A stretch of DNA of 64,000 nucleotides. Source: Gaiellales bacterium. Its GTDB lineage: Bacteria > Actinomycetota > Thermoleophilia > Gaiellales > Gaiellaceae. The stretch's first letter is position 1. The number at the start of each line of letters is the position of its first letter. Both the position numbers and the translations under genes were made by a program. Below, piece after piece: positions 29,372 through 37,395 of this stretch. Location: the NCBI GenBank assembly GCA_038324115.1, contig JBBQHQ010000001.1, positions 3,280 through 67,279 of the forward strand, written 5' to 3'. The notes below the pieces were generated by a model. That model was not told the origin of the DNA. It saw only the letters and a list, made by a program, of their open reading frames with translations, and did no database searches.

Positions 29372-30052
29372 ATGGCAAAGGCCCGCCGCCACCCAGCAGT
29401 GGCAGGCATCGATCCGCAGGCGCTGGCCGCGTTCCAGGCCGGTATCCGCAAGCGGTACACGGACGAGGAGATCCTGACCCAGCTCGGAGAGTGTGCCGAG
29501 CGGCTCGGACGGTCTCCGACGATGCGCGAGTTCGCGGCCGACACCCAGACGACGGTGCACCCGCAGACCGTGATCGAGCACTTCGGCAGTTGGAACGCAG
29601 CGAAGCGGCAGGCGGGGCTGGTGCCCCGGCGCTTCGCGACCCGTGAGGAGCTGCTGGGCCGCCTCCGCGACCTCGGCGAGGAGCTGGGGAGGACCCCGAC
29701 CGCCAAGGACCTGGACGAGCGGAAGGGCTCGATGCCGTCGAAGTCGCTGATCTGGCACACCTTCGGCTCGCTCGCCCAGGCGCTCCGCGAGGCAGGCTTC
29801 GACGTGCCGATCGGCGAGGAGCGGCTCGAGCGCGCCGTCGAGCAGGGCGTGATCGTCGCGCGCGGGCTCGGGCGGCTCCCGAAGATGGACGACTGGAAGA
29901 GCGCGCGCAAGGCGAATGCCGGCCTCCTGACCGAGTGGCAGATCTACCGGATGATCGACGTGCAGCCGGCCTGGGCCGCGTTCCAGTTCCTCGTGGCGCA
30001 GCGCCTGCGCGAGGAAGGCGCGCGGGTCTCGCCCGACGGCACCCTGACCTGA
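29372..30052 (+). CDS. Protein made of three 'homing endonuclease-associated (HNH_repeat-like)' repeats, with no nuclease domain
   Basis: Repeat 1 LGRSPTMREF..VIEHFGSWNAAKRQAGL, repeat 2 LGRTPTAKDL..LIWHTFGSLAQALREAGF, and a more divergent repeat 3. An alternative ATG lies at 29354. Confidence 0.6.
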   Translation: MAKARRHPAVAGIDPQALAAFQAGIRKRYTDEEILTQLGECAERLGRSPTMREFAADTQTTVHPQTVIEHFGSWNAAKRQAGLVPRRFATREELLGRLRDLGEELGRTPTAKDLDERKGSMPSKSLIWHTFGSLAQALREAGFDVPIGEERLERAVEQGVIVARGLGRLPKMDDWKSARKANAGLLTEWQIYRMIDVQPAWAAFQFLVAQRLREEGARVSPDGTLT

Positions 30053-30058
30053 GCGGCG

Positions 30059-30859
30059 CTACGCGGCCGCGGCGACGACGATCGCGGCCAGCCGCTGCAG
30101 GCTGCTTGCGCCCTCGTGGGGCGAGCGGATCGAGGGGAGGATCGTCTCCTCGACGTAGGAGCGATCGGCCACGAAGCGCTCGCTCGACGCGATCCGGCCG
30201 TCCTCGACGCGGAGGAAGACACCCTCGTCAACCTCGCGCTTGCGGAGGGTAAGCCGGAGCGTGCCCTCGAGCACCTCGAGCGCCGCGCGCGTGGAGGCGA
30301 AGAAGAGCTCGTCGCGCGCGGTTCCGATCCAGAGCGGGCGGCCCACGGCGCGGGCGAGGAAGAGGGTGGCGGGGAAGCGCTCGTCGAGCCAGCTCGTGGC
30401 CATCGCGCCGTGCAGCTCCTCGAGCACCTCGACGCGGCTCTCGGCGTGCTCGGAGAGCGCGAAGATCGCCTCGGAGTCGACGGTCATGTCGGGATGCGCC
30501 CGGGTGAACCCGTAGCGCTCGAAGATCTCCTCATCGTTGACGATGATCCCGTTGTGGATCCCGACCACGGCGCCGTGGCGGATCGGGTGGTTGTTCGCCT
30601 CGATCGTGGGGTGTCCCTTGGTGTAGTCGCGAACGTGCACGAGCACCTGCGTCGCCTCGGCTGGGACGCAGACCTCGTCGAGGAGCGCGGAGGCGCCAGA
30701 GCGGCGCTTGTGGACGGTCACGCCCGAGCCGAGGCTGCAATGCGCGTACCCGACGGCGTCTGCGCCTCGCTCTGCGATCCCGGCCAGGAGCGCCTGCGCC
30801 GCCAGGGTCCTGTCGACGCTGGAGGCGGGGCTGAGGCTGTATCCGGCGATTCCACACAT
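30059..30859 (-). CDS. Stand-alone class II (Ntn) glutamine amidotransferase domain protein
   Basis: MCGIAGY N-terminal nucleophile Cys. HVRDYTKGHPTIEANNHPI and IHNGII patterns. Confidence 0.8.
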   Translation of the reverse strand: MCGIAGYSLSPASSVDRTLAAQALLAGIAERGADAVGYAHCSLGSGVTVHKRRSGASALLDEVCVPAEATQVLVHVRDYTKGHPTIEANNHPIRHGAVVGIHNGIIVNDEEIFERYGFTRAHPDMTVDSEAIFALSEHAESRVEVLEELHGAMATSWLDERFPATLFLARAVGRPLWIGTARDELFFASTRAALEVLEGTLRLTLRKREVDEGVFLRVEDGRIASSERFVADRSYVEETILPSIRSPHEGASSLQRLAAIVVAAAA

Positions 30860-31014
30860 GTCGAAATCCTAGGAACGAAGTCGGCTGAGGGGCAGTTTCT
30901 CTCTTACAACGTAGACGACAGGTGTTTCGACGAAGTTAGGACAGATTCGGCCGAAAGCTCGTTCCTCCTTCTGCATCCTCAAGCCCATGCCCGTGGAGGC
31001 CGATACAGCGCGCA

Positions 31015-31977
31015 ATGGAGCACAACGCCGTCGAACCGCTCTCCGAACCCCCGTCCGAGCCACACCTGGAGCTGCTGCCTGCGCTCGACGAGCAGGAGGA
31101 CGTCGCAGCCGACACGGAGGACGAGGACGACGCCGTCTCCGCGCCCGCCTTCGAGGCGACGCAGGACCCGCTCAAGCTCTACGTCCGCGCGATCGGCGAC
31201 GGCCGCCTCCTGACCACGGGCGAGGAGCGCGAGCTCGCCCGGCTCAAGGACCTCGGCGACGAGGCCGCCAAGCGGAAGCTGATCGAGTCGAACCTCAGGC
31301 TCGTGATGTCGATCACGCGCAACTACACGAAGGCGGGCGTCCCGCTGCTCGACCTGATCCAGGAGGGCAATCTCGGCCTGATCCGCGCCGTCGAGAAGTT
31401 CGACTACACGATGGGCTTCAAGCTCTCCACCTACGCCACCTGGTGGATCCGGCAAGCGGTCAGCCGCGCGCTCGCCGAGCAGGGTCGGACGATCAGGCTG
31501 CCCGTCCACGTCGCCGACCAGGTGCGCCGCGTCACCCGCTCCCGGCGGGAGCTGGCGCAGAAGCTGAACCGCGACCCGACGCTCGACGAGATCGCGGAGG
31601 AAAGCGGCTTCGGCGCCAACCGGGTGCGCGAGCTGCTCGAGCTCGTGGAGGACTCCGTCAGCCTCGAGACCCCCGTCGGCGACGGCGAGAGCCTCTACGG
31701 AGACCTGATCCAGGACACGAAGTCGGCCGAGCCCGACGTGGAGACCGCCGACCGGCTCCGTTCGGAGGAGATCACGGCCGCGCTGAACCGGCTCAATCCG
31801 CGGATGCGCCACGTCCTCGCGCAACGCTTCGGGCTCGAAGGGGCGACGCCGCAGACCCTCGAGGAGGTCGGCGCCGGCCTGGGGGTGACGCGCGAGCGCG
31901 TCCGCCAGCTCGAGTCGCGGGCCCTCAGGGAGCTCCGCACGGTCGCTCCTGGGCTCGAGTTCTACCTCCAGAGCTGA
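31015..31977 (+). CDS. RNA polymerase sigma-70 family factor, RpoD-like (group 1/2)
   Basis: [11 protein letters not shown] (1.2), [47 protein letters not shown] (RpoD box), and region 4 [20 protein letters not shown]. Confidence 0.9.
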   Translation: MEHNAVEPLSEPPSEPHLELLPALDEQEDVAADTEDEDDAVSAPAFEATQDPLKLYVRAIGDGRLLTTGEERELARLKDLGDEAAKRKLIESNLRLVMSITRNYTKAGVPLLDLIQEGNLGLIRAVEKFDYTMGFKLSTYATWWIRQAVSRALAEQGRTIRLPVHVADQVRRVTRSRRELAQKLNRDPTLDEIAEESGFGANRVRELLELVEDSVSLETPVGDGESLYGDLIQDTKSAEPDVETADRLRSEEITAALNRLNPRMRHVLAQRFGLEGATPQTLEEVGAGLGVTRERVRQLESRALRELRTVAPGLEFYLQS

Positions 31978-31993
31978 CGCTACGCTGGACGGG

Positions 31994-32707
31994 ATGACCC
32001 GTCCTGCCTTCGTCGACTGCCATTCTCACGTCTGCCCCTCGGGTGACGACGGGGCTCAGTCGCTCGAGGAGGCCGTCGTCCTCTGCCGGGACGCCGCCCG
32101 GTCCGGGACGGGGCTGCTCTTCGCGACGCCGCACGTGTGGCCGCACCTCGGCCTCTCGTCGGAGCGCGAGGCTGCGGTCCGGGAGACTTTCGTGCGGCTG
32201 AGGCGGTACGTCGAGCTGGAGCTCCGGCTCGGCTTCGAGCTGACCCCGCATGCGCGCCTGCTCGACGAGGATCCGCACCGCTACGCGCTCGAAGGCACCG
32301 ACCGGATCCTGATCGAGGTGCCGTTCGTCGGCGGCTGGGAGACGCTGCTCGCGGTCGCCGGCCACGCGGAGGCCGCAGGCCTGACGCCCGTGATCGCTCA
32401 CCCGGAGCGGGCCGAGGAGGTTCTGACCCGGCCGGAGCTCGCGGACGAGCTCGCGGAGCGAGGCTGGCTCCTGCAGGTGAACGGCTCATCGCTCCTCGGA
32501 CGGCACGGCCTGGGCTCGCAGGAGCTCGGCTGGGCGCTGCTGGAGCACGGCACGGCGTCCCTGGTCGCCTCGGACGGTCATCGTCAGGCGCGGCCGGTCA
32601 CGCTCGACGCCGCGTACGACGTCGCGTTCAAGCGCTTCGGCGTCGACGCGAACGGGTTCTTCGACGGCTCGGCGCTCGGCGTCGCTGCCGCGCGCGCCGC
32701 AGCCTGA
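31994..32707 (+). CDS. PHP-domain phosphoesterase, CpsB/YwqE-like protein-tyrosine phosphatase family
   Basis: FVDCHSHVCPSGDDGA N-terminal metal motif, IAHPER, SDGH near the C-terminus. Confidence 0.65.
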   Translation: MTRPAFVDCHSHVCPSGDDGAQSLEEAVVLCRDAARSGTGLLFATPHVWPHLGLSSEREAAVRETFVRLRRYVELELRLGFELTPHARLLDEDPHRYALEGTDRILIEVPFVGGWETLLAVAGHAEAAGLTPVIAHPERAEEVLTRPELADELAERGWLLQVNGSSLLGRHGLGSQELGWALLEHGTASLVASDGHRQARPVTLDAAYDVAFKRFGVDANGFFDGSALGVAAARAAA

Positions 32708-32708
32708 G

Positions 32709-33779
32709 CTAGCGGCCGATCGACTCCATCTCGCGGAGCGTCGAGAGACGCTTGAGCGAGTCGATCTCGATCTGGCGGACGCGCTCCCGGGTCAGGCCGA
32801 GGCGGCGGCCGATCTCCTCGAGCGTCTTCGGCTCCGCGTCAGTGAGGCCGTAGCGGAGGACGACGACCTGGCGCTCGCGCTCCGAGAGCGCCTCGAGCGC
32901 GCCCCGGAGTGCCTGGCTGCGGAGGGAGATCTCCACCTCTTCCTCGGGTAGGGGCCCGTCCCCCGCCACGAAGTCGCCGAAGACGGCGTCCTCAGTCTCG
33001 CCGACGGGCTGGTCGAGGCTCGTGGAGGCGCGCGCCGCAGACCTCACCTCGATCGCCTGCTGGAGTGGGAGGGAGGCCTCCTCGGCGATCTCCTCGAGCG
33101 TGGGCTCGCGCCCGAGCTGCGTCCAGAGCGTGCGCTCGGCGCGATTCATCTTCTGCAGCCGCTCGACGATGTGGACGGGCCTCCGAATCGTGCGCGCCTT
33201 GTCGGCGAGCGCGCGGGCGACGGCCTGCCGGATCCACCAGGTGGCGTAGGTGGAGAACTTGAAGCCCCGGCGCCAGTCGAACTTCTCGACGGCACGGATC
33301 AGGCCGAGCGTGCCTTCCTGGATCAGGTCGAGGAAGGGGAGGCCCTGGTTGCGGTAGTTATTGGCGATCGAGACGACGAGGCGCAGGTTGGACTGGATCA
33401 TCCGCTGCTTCGCGAGCGCGTCGCCGGCCTCGATCTTCTTGGCGAGCTCGACCTCCTGGGCGGCTGTGAGGAGCTGGTGGCGACCGGCTTCGCGGAGGAA
33501 GAGCTGGAGCGAGTCGGTCGTCATCTCCTGAACGGCGGCGACGGCCGGCGGGGGCGCGGGCTCCTCGGCCTTGGCCTCCGGCGCGCCTTCGGCGACGACG
33601 TCGATCCCGCGCTGTTCGAGCTCGCGGATGAACGCGTCCTGCTCGAGCTCGTTCAGCTCATGCTGCTCGACGATCTCCGCGACCTCGGTCGCCTTCAGCG
33701 ATCCGGCCTGCTCGGAGGTCTCGAGCAGCTGCCGAATCTCCTCGTGCGACAGGAGATGTTCGATGTCGACGGTCGTCAT
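32709..33779 (-). CDS. RNA polymerase sigma-70 family factor, RpoD-like (possibly the principal sigma)
   Basis: ATG at 33779 gives MTTVDIEH. Acidic region-1-like N-terminus, [58 protein letters not shown], region 4 [20 protein letters not shown]. Confidence 0.9.
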   Translation of the reverse strand: MTTVDIEHLLSHEEIRQLLETSEQAGSLKATEVAEIVEQHELNELEQDAFIRELEQRGIDVVAEGAPEAKAEEPAPPPAVAAVQEMTTDSLQLFLREAGRHQLLTAAQEVELAKKIEAGDALAKQRMIQSNLRLVVSIANNYRNQGLPFLDLIQEGTLGLIRAVEKFDWRRGFKFSTYATWWIRQAVARALADKARTIRRPVHIVERLQKMNRAERTLWTQLGREPTLEEIAEEASLPLQQAIEVRSAARASTSLDQPVGETEDAVFGDFVAGDGPLPEEEVEISLRSQALRGALEALSERERQVVVLRYGLTDAEPKTLEEIGRRLGLTRERVRQIEIDSLKRLSTLREMESIGR

Positions 33780-33941
33780 AGGGAAGGAGGCGTCAAGCGT
33801 GCCCAGCACCTTGTACCTGCACCCTCTGCCCTTCAAACGCCGATGTCCAGGCTCGCGCACGATAACCGGTGTTATGTCAAGTAGAAGGAGATGATCTCGG
33901 CGATCGCCTCTACCCCGCAATGTGAGCCGCCGTGAGCGAGC

Positions 33942-34012
33942 GGGCTCCGGAGGAGCCCCTTTAGGGGTCTTCGCGAACGAACAGGAGCCCCGCGAGGGGC
34001 TCCTGTTCGTTC
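33942..34012. repeat. Copy A of the hairpin-core-hairpin element (core CCCTTTAGGGGTCTTCGCG at 33957-33975)
   Basis: GGGCTCC-GGA-GGAGCCC (33942-33958), then the core, then a perfect 17-bp stem GAACGAACAGGAGCCCC-GCGA-GGGGCTCCTGTTCGTTC (33975-34012). The core recurs at 49383 and 61259. Confidence 0.7.
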
Positions 34013-34256
34013 TGCAAAAAATTCAGGAAGCCGGTGGCGCTTTTGTCCACCGTGCCCGCTGACTTTCCGCTTTCGCGTACGGCCCTCGAGCTCGGCTTCG
34101 ACCTACTCGCGCTCCGTGCTCCCTGCACCCCCGAAGCTAGTCGGGCCGGCGGCGTCGTACAAGGCCTCCGACGGGCGAAGTGCGCAAATTGCGCGAAGTT
34201 CTTCGTGGGGTCGGTTCTGGCCTCCCCGCACCGTCTTCCGGGGTACGATCCGCGCC

Positions 34257-34460
34257 GTGCACCTTCGCGCCCCCAGCATCGACCAGGGCGTCCAGGCAGG
34301 CCTCTGGGCGGTCTTCTTCTTCCTGTTCCTCTGGGTGGGGATGCTCGCGATCGGGATCTCCGGCGCGACGGCCTTCATCCTGGCCTTGGTGGCCGCGGGA
34401 GCGATCTTTCTCTTCGTGCGCGTGCGCGGGGACGATCGTCCCCGCGACGAGAGCTCCTAG
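34257..34460 (+). CDS. Hypothetical small membrane protein (67 aa, two TM helices)
   Basis: GTG at 34257. Very high GC3. LWAVFFFLFLWVGMLAIGISGATAFILALVAAGAIFLFV. The part of ORF 34116.. upstream of it looks non-coding. Confidence 0.5.
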   Translation: MHLRAPSIDQGVQAGLWAVFFFLFLWVGMLAIGISGATAFILALVAAGAIFLFVRVRGDDRPRDESS

Positions 34461-34648
34461 ACCGGCGCCCGGTTCGAGCAGAGCGCGAGCAGGAGCTTGC
34501 GGGCGAGCTCGCTGCCGACGAGCGCTTCGAGCCGCAGCTTGGCTGCGGGCCGATCACGGTCGACGTCGAGCGCGGAGCAATGCGCAAGAAGGAGATCGGA
34601 AGCTCCCGGCTTCCGGCTGTTGACGGCGGCGGCATCCATCTCGATCAC
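34457..34648 (-). CDS. Possible small hypothetical protein (63 aa)
   Basis: By hand count 52 of 63 codons end in G/C. GGAG lies about 9 nt upstream of the GTG. Its stop overlaps the convergent gene stop in a CTAG. No recognisable motif. Confidence 0.3.
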   Translation of the reverse strand: MIEMDAAAVNSRKPGASDLLLAHCSALDVDRDRPAAKLRLEALVGSELARKLLLALCSNRAPV

Positions 34649-34697
34649 TATCGCCGCTCCGGCCTCGCCGAAAGATCCCTGGCGCGAGGGAATAAGT

Positions 34698-35306
34698 TCA
34701 GCGCGGGTCGCGTTCGCTCTCGGCCGGCGGGTTCGGCTCGTCGTCGCCCCACTCGTCGACCGGCTCGGCCGGCTCGACGGGCTCGGCCGGCGCGATCGGC
34801 TCGACGACCGGCGGTGGGTCGGCGGCGACCGGGACGGCGACCGGCTCGGGGACGTCGCGCTCCACCGGCGGCGTCGCCGCGACCGTCTGCCGGCGCGGGC
34901 CGGCGGTGTCGAAGGTGAGGCCGAGGATCAGCCCGATCCCGAAGGCGAGCGCGCCGAGCACCTCCCCCAGGTCGCCGACGGCGCCGTCGATTCCGAGGTC
35001 GCGCGACCAGTTGGAGGTGTTGAAGAACTGCGCAGGCTGGCGCGCGAGCAGCACCCAGCCGCCCGTGAGGAGCGCCGGGAGGAACGCGAGGACGAAGACG
35101 CCGGTCGTCAGACGGGGCCACCCCCACTTCGTCCAGCCGCCGAGGATCTGCGAAAGCGCCATCGTCACGCCGGCGGCCGCGATCAGCCCGTAGGTCGCCC
35201 AGTAGCCGCCCGCGGTGTCGGAGCCCATCTGGGTCGCGAGCCAGATCAGGAAGCCGGCGATGCCTGCGCCGATCAGTGTGGAGATTCCTCGAGTGATGCC
35301 GATCAT
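34698..35306 (-). CDS. Hypothetical membrane protein with a Pro/Glu-rich C-terminal tail
   Basis: Four or five hydrophobic segments followed by PVAVPVAADPPPVVEPIAPAEPVEPAEPV. High GC3. Confidence 0.65.
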   Translation of the reverse strand: MIGITRGISTLIGAGIAGFLIWLATQMGSDTAGGYWATYGLIAAAGVTMALSQILGGWTKWGWPRLTTGVFVLAFLPALLTGGWVLLARQPAQFFNTSNWSRDLGIDGAVGDLGEVLGALAFGIGLILGLTFDTAGPRRQTVAATPPVERDVPEPVAVPVAADPPPVVEPIAPAEPVEPAEPVDEWGDDEPNPPAESERDPR

Positions 35307-35329
35307 GGTCGAGCCTCCGTTCGCGGGGG

Positions 35330-35863
35330 TCAGTAGGAGATCAGCGAGTCGACCGCGTAGCCGTCGAGCTTCTCACGGCCGTTCAGGAACGCCAGCTCGA
35401 TCACGAAGAGGAGCCCGACGACGGTGCCCCCCATTTGCTCGACGAGATCGATCTTCGCCTTCGCGGTCCCGCCGGTCGCGAGCAGGTCGTCGTGCACGAT
35501 CACCCGCGCGCCCGGCCGGATCGCGTCGGAGTGCACCTGCAGGCTGTCGGTGCCGTATTCGAGGTCGTAGGTCGCCTCCACCGTCTCCCAGGGGAGCTTG
35601 CCCGGCTTGCGGGCGGTGACGAAGCCGCAGCCGAGCTCATAGGCGAGCGCGCTGCCGAAGATGAATCCGCGCGCCTCCGCGCCCAGGATCAGGTCCGGCT
35701 CGAGCGGGCGGGCCTTCTCGACGAGCTGGTCGATCGCGGCGCGGAAGTAGACCGGGTCGGCGACGAGCGGCATGATGTCCTTGAAGACGATCCCCTCCTT
35801 GGGGAAGTCGGGGACGTCGCGGATGCGGTCGCGCAGGTCGAGAGTGGCGGGGTTCGAGCTCAT
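35330..35863 (-). CDS. apt: Adenine phosphoribosyltransferase
   Basis: ATG at 35863. DFPKEGIVFKDI, GAEARGFIFG and the PRPP motif VIVHDDLLATGGTA. Confidence 0.9.
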   Translation of the reverse strand: MSSNPATLDLRDRIRDVPDFPKEGIVFKDIMPLVADPVYFRAAIDQLVEKARPLEPDLILGAEARGFIFGSALAYELGCGFVTARKPGKLPWETVEATYDLEYGTDSLQVHSDAIRPGARVIVHDDLLATGGTAKAKIDLVEQMGGTVVGLLFVIELAFLNGREKLDGYAVDSLISY

Positions 35864-35876
35864 GGCGTCTCGCACC

Positions 35877-36584
35877 TTACCGCTCGGCGAAGGCACGCAG
35901 CTCACGCCAGAACAGGAGCCGCGAGAGCTCCTGGGAGGCGCCCGCGAGCGCCTCGAGGTCGTCGAGCCCGCTCTTGCGCCGCTCGGGGTTGCGTGAGCGG
36001 AGGGCCGGCGCGACGAGCTGCTCGAGCAGGCCCGCCTCCCGGCCGGCGGAGTTCCGGAAGGTGCGGAGGTGCCGGGCGTCGATCCCGTAGTGGGCGAGGC
36101 GGCCGCAGGCGGCGGCGATCTCGGCGTCGCTCTCCCGGTAGAGCCGCTCCCCGGCCTCGACGCGCGGTTGGAGCAGGCCGAACTCCTCGAGCGCGCGCGC
36201 GAGCTCGGCGTCGATCCCGGCCCGGTCGCAGAGCTCGGCGAGATCGAGCTCGCCCTCCCGCTCGCCGAGGGCGGCGGGGCGCCGCCGCTTGCGATCGGCG
36301 CCGGAGCAGCCGGCCGCGAGCTCCTGGCGGATCACGCGGAGCGGCAGGAACTCGTCGCGCTGCAGGCGCAGGATCGTCTCCAGGCGCTCGACGTCCTCCT
36401 CGCTGAAGAGGCGATAGCCGCCGCGCGTGCGCTTCGGGGTCAGCAGGCCCTGGTCCTCGAGGTAGCGGATCTTGGAGATCGAGATGTCCTCGAACTCGGG
36501 CTGGAGGCGCGCGCAGACGGCGCCGATCGTGTGCAGCCGTTCGCTCGAGACCGCTTCCGGACGGTCGGGCGCGGTCGTGCTCAC
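35877..36584 (-). CDS. MerR-family transcriptional regulator (FtsR/Rv1828-like position next to the FHA gene)
   Basis: HTH IGAVCARLQPEFEDISISKIRYLEDQGLLTPKRTRGGYRLFSEEDVERL. GTGA overlap with the FHA gene. Confidence 0.8.
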   Translation of the reverse strand: MSTTAPDRPEAVSSERLHTIGAVCARLQPEFEDISISKIRYLEDQGLLTPKRTRGGYRLFSEEDVERLETILRLQRDEFLPLRVIRQELAAGCSGADRKRRRPAALGEREGELDLAELCDRAGIDAELARALEEFGLLQPRVEAGERLYRESDAEIAAACGRLAHYGIDARHLRTFRNSAGREAGLLEQLVAPALRSRNPERRKSGLDDLEALAGASQELSRLLFWRELRAFAER

Positions 36585-37057
36585 GAGCGCCCCCGCAGGA
36601 ATGTCAGCCGGTACTTCCCGATCTGGACCTCGTCGTCGTCCTGCAGCTCGACCGAATCGCCCTCGATCCGCTGCTTGTTCACGAAGGTGCCGTTGAGGCT
36701 GCCGAGGTCGTGGATCCGGTAGCGCTCGCCGTCACGGGTCAGCTCTGCGTGCGTGCGCGAGACGGTGACGTCGTCGAGGAAGACGTCGCAGTCGGGCGAG
36801 CGTCCGATCAGCGTCTTCTCGCCGTCAGGGAAGAAGCTCTCCCCCGCCCTGCCGCCGCCGGAGCGGACGACGAGCGCCGGCCCCTTGACCGCGGGGTCGC
36901 TCAGGACGGCGGAAGCGTCCTCCGCGACCTCCTCGGGCGTGAAGGTCATCGTCTGCTCGCCGCTCTCCTCCTTGTTCAGGGTGGCGCCGCACTTCGAGCA
37001 GAAATTGGAGGCGACGGGATTCTGGAAGCCGCACTCCGGGCAATAGACGTGGCTCAC
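36581..37057 (-). CDS. FHA-domain protein with an N-terminal zinc-ribbon
   Basis: CPECGFQNPVASNFCSKCG, then FHA motifs LIGRSPDCDVFLDDVTVSRTHAEL..DLGSLNGTFVN. Confidence 0.85.
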   Translation of the reverse strand: MSHVYCPECGFQNPVASNFCSKCGATLNKEESGEQTMTFTPEEVAEDASAVLSDPAVKGPALVVRSGGGRAGESFFPDGEKTLIGRSPDCDVFLDDVTVSRTHAELTRDGERYRIHDLGSLNGTFVNKQRIEGDSVELQDDDEVQIGKYRLTFLRGRS

Positions 37058-37061
37058 AGGC

Positions 37062-37337
37062 CTAGGAGTCCTCGTCCTGCGAGGGCGGCGTGGCGCGGGC
37101 GGCGAGGATGTCGGTGAGCCTGTCCACGTCCACGTCGCCGCCCCCTCCCGAGCCCTTCAGCCGCGCGGTCCGCTCGGCCCGGAGGATGTCGATCCGGCCC
37201 TGGAGCAGGCGGCGGCGATACGAGACCTCGTTCTCCTCCCCCTCGAGCCGCTCGATCAGGCCCTTCAGGTCGTCGTCCGAGAGCGATCCCAGGTCGGGCA
37301 GTGGTTCGAGCGAGCCTTCGAGCGGGCGGTGGGACAC
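37062..37337 (-). CDS. Small helical protein carrying one exact RsiG-type c-di-GMP-binding motif (candidate single-motif RsiG-like anti-sigma)
   Basis: GTG at 37337 with AAAGG upstream. Residues E35-x3-S39-x2-R42-x3-Q46-x3-D50 (EENEVSYRRRLLQGRID) fit E(X)3S(X)2R(X)3Q(X)3D. The functional call is inferred. Confidence 0.55.
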   Translation of the reverse strand: MSHRPLEGSLEPLPDLGSLSDDDLKGLIERLEGEENEVSYRRRLLQGRIDILRAERTARLKGSGGGGDVDVDRLTDILAARATPPSQDEDS

Positions 37338-37395
37338 GGTCTGCCTTTCTTCCGAGGGATCTCAGTAAAGCAGCCTGCGGGCCGAGGGGTCAACC

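Noticed and set aside
33961-33975. Reading the repeated core on the minus strand as a conserved C-terminal peptide: R-E-D-P-stop at copies A and C, R-Q-D-P-stop at copy B.
   Set aside because: Only copy B is at the end of a real gene (ispG). At C the frame is out of phase with sepF. At A the upstream frame has no convincing start (under 60 aa, no family). Nucleotide-level conservation with flanking hairpins explains the pattern better.
33957-33990. Interpreting the core's CTAAAG (sense orientation) as a sigma-28/WhiG-type -35 (TAAA) with a downstream GCCGATAA-like -10.
   Set aside because: The sequences at the expected spacing (CCCGCTCG, GCCGTCGC, GCCCACCG) match the -10 consensus poorly and inconsistently.
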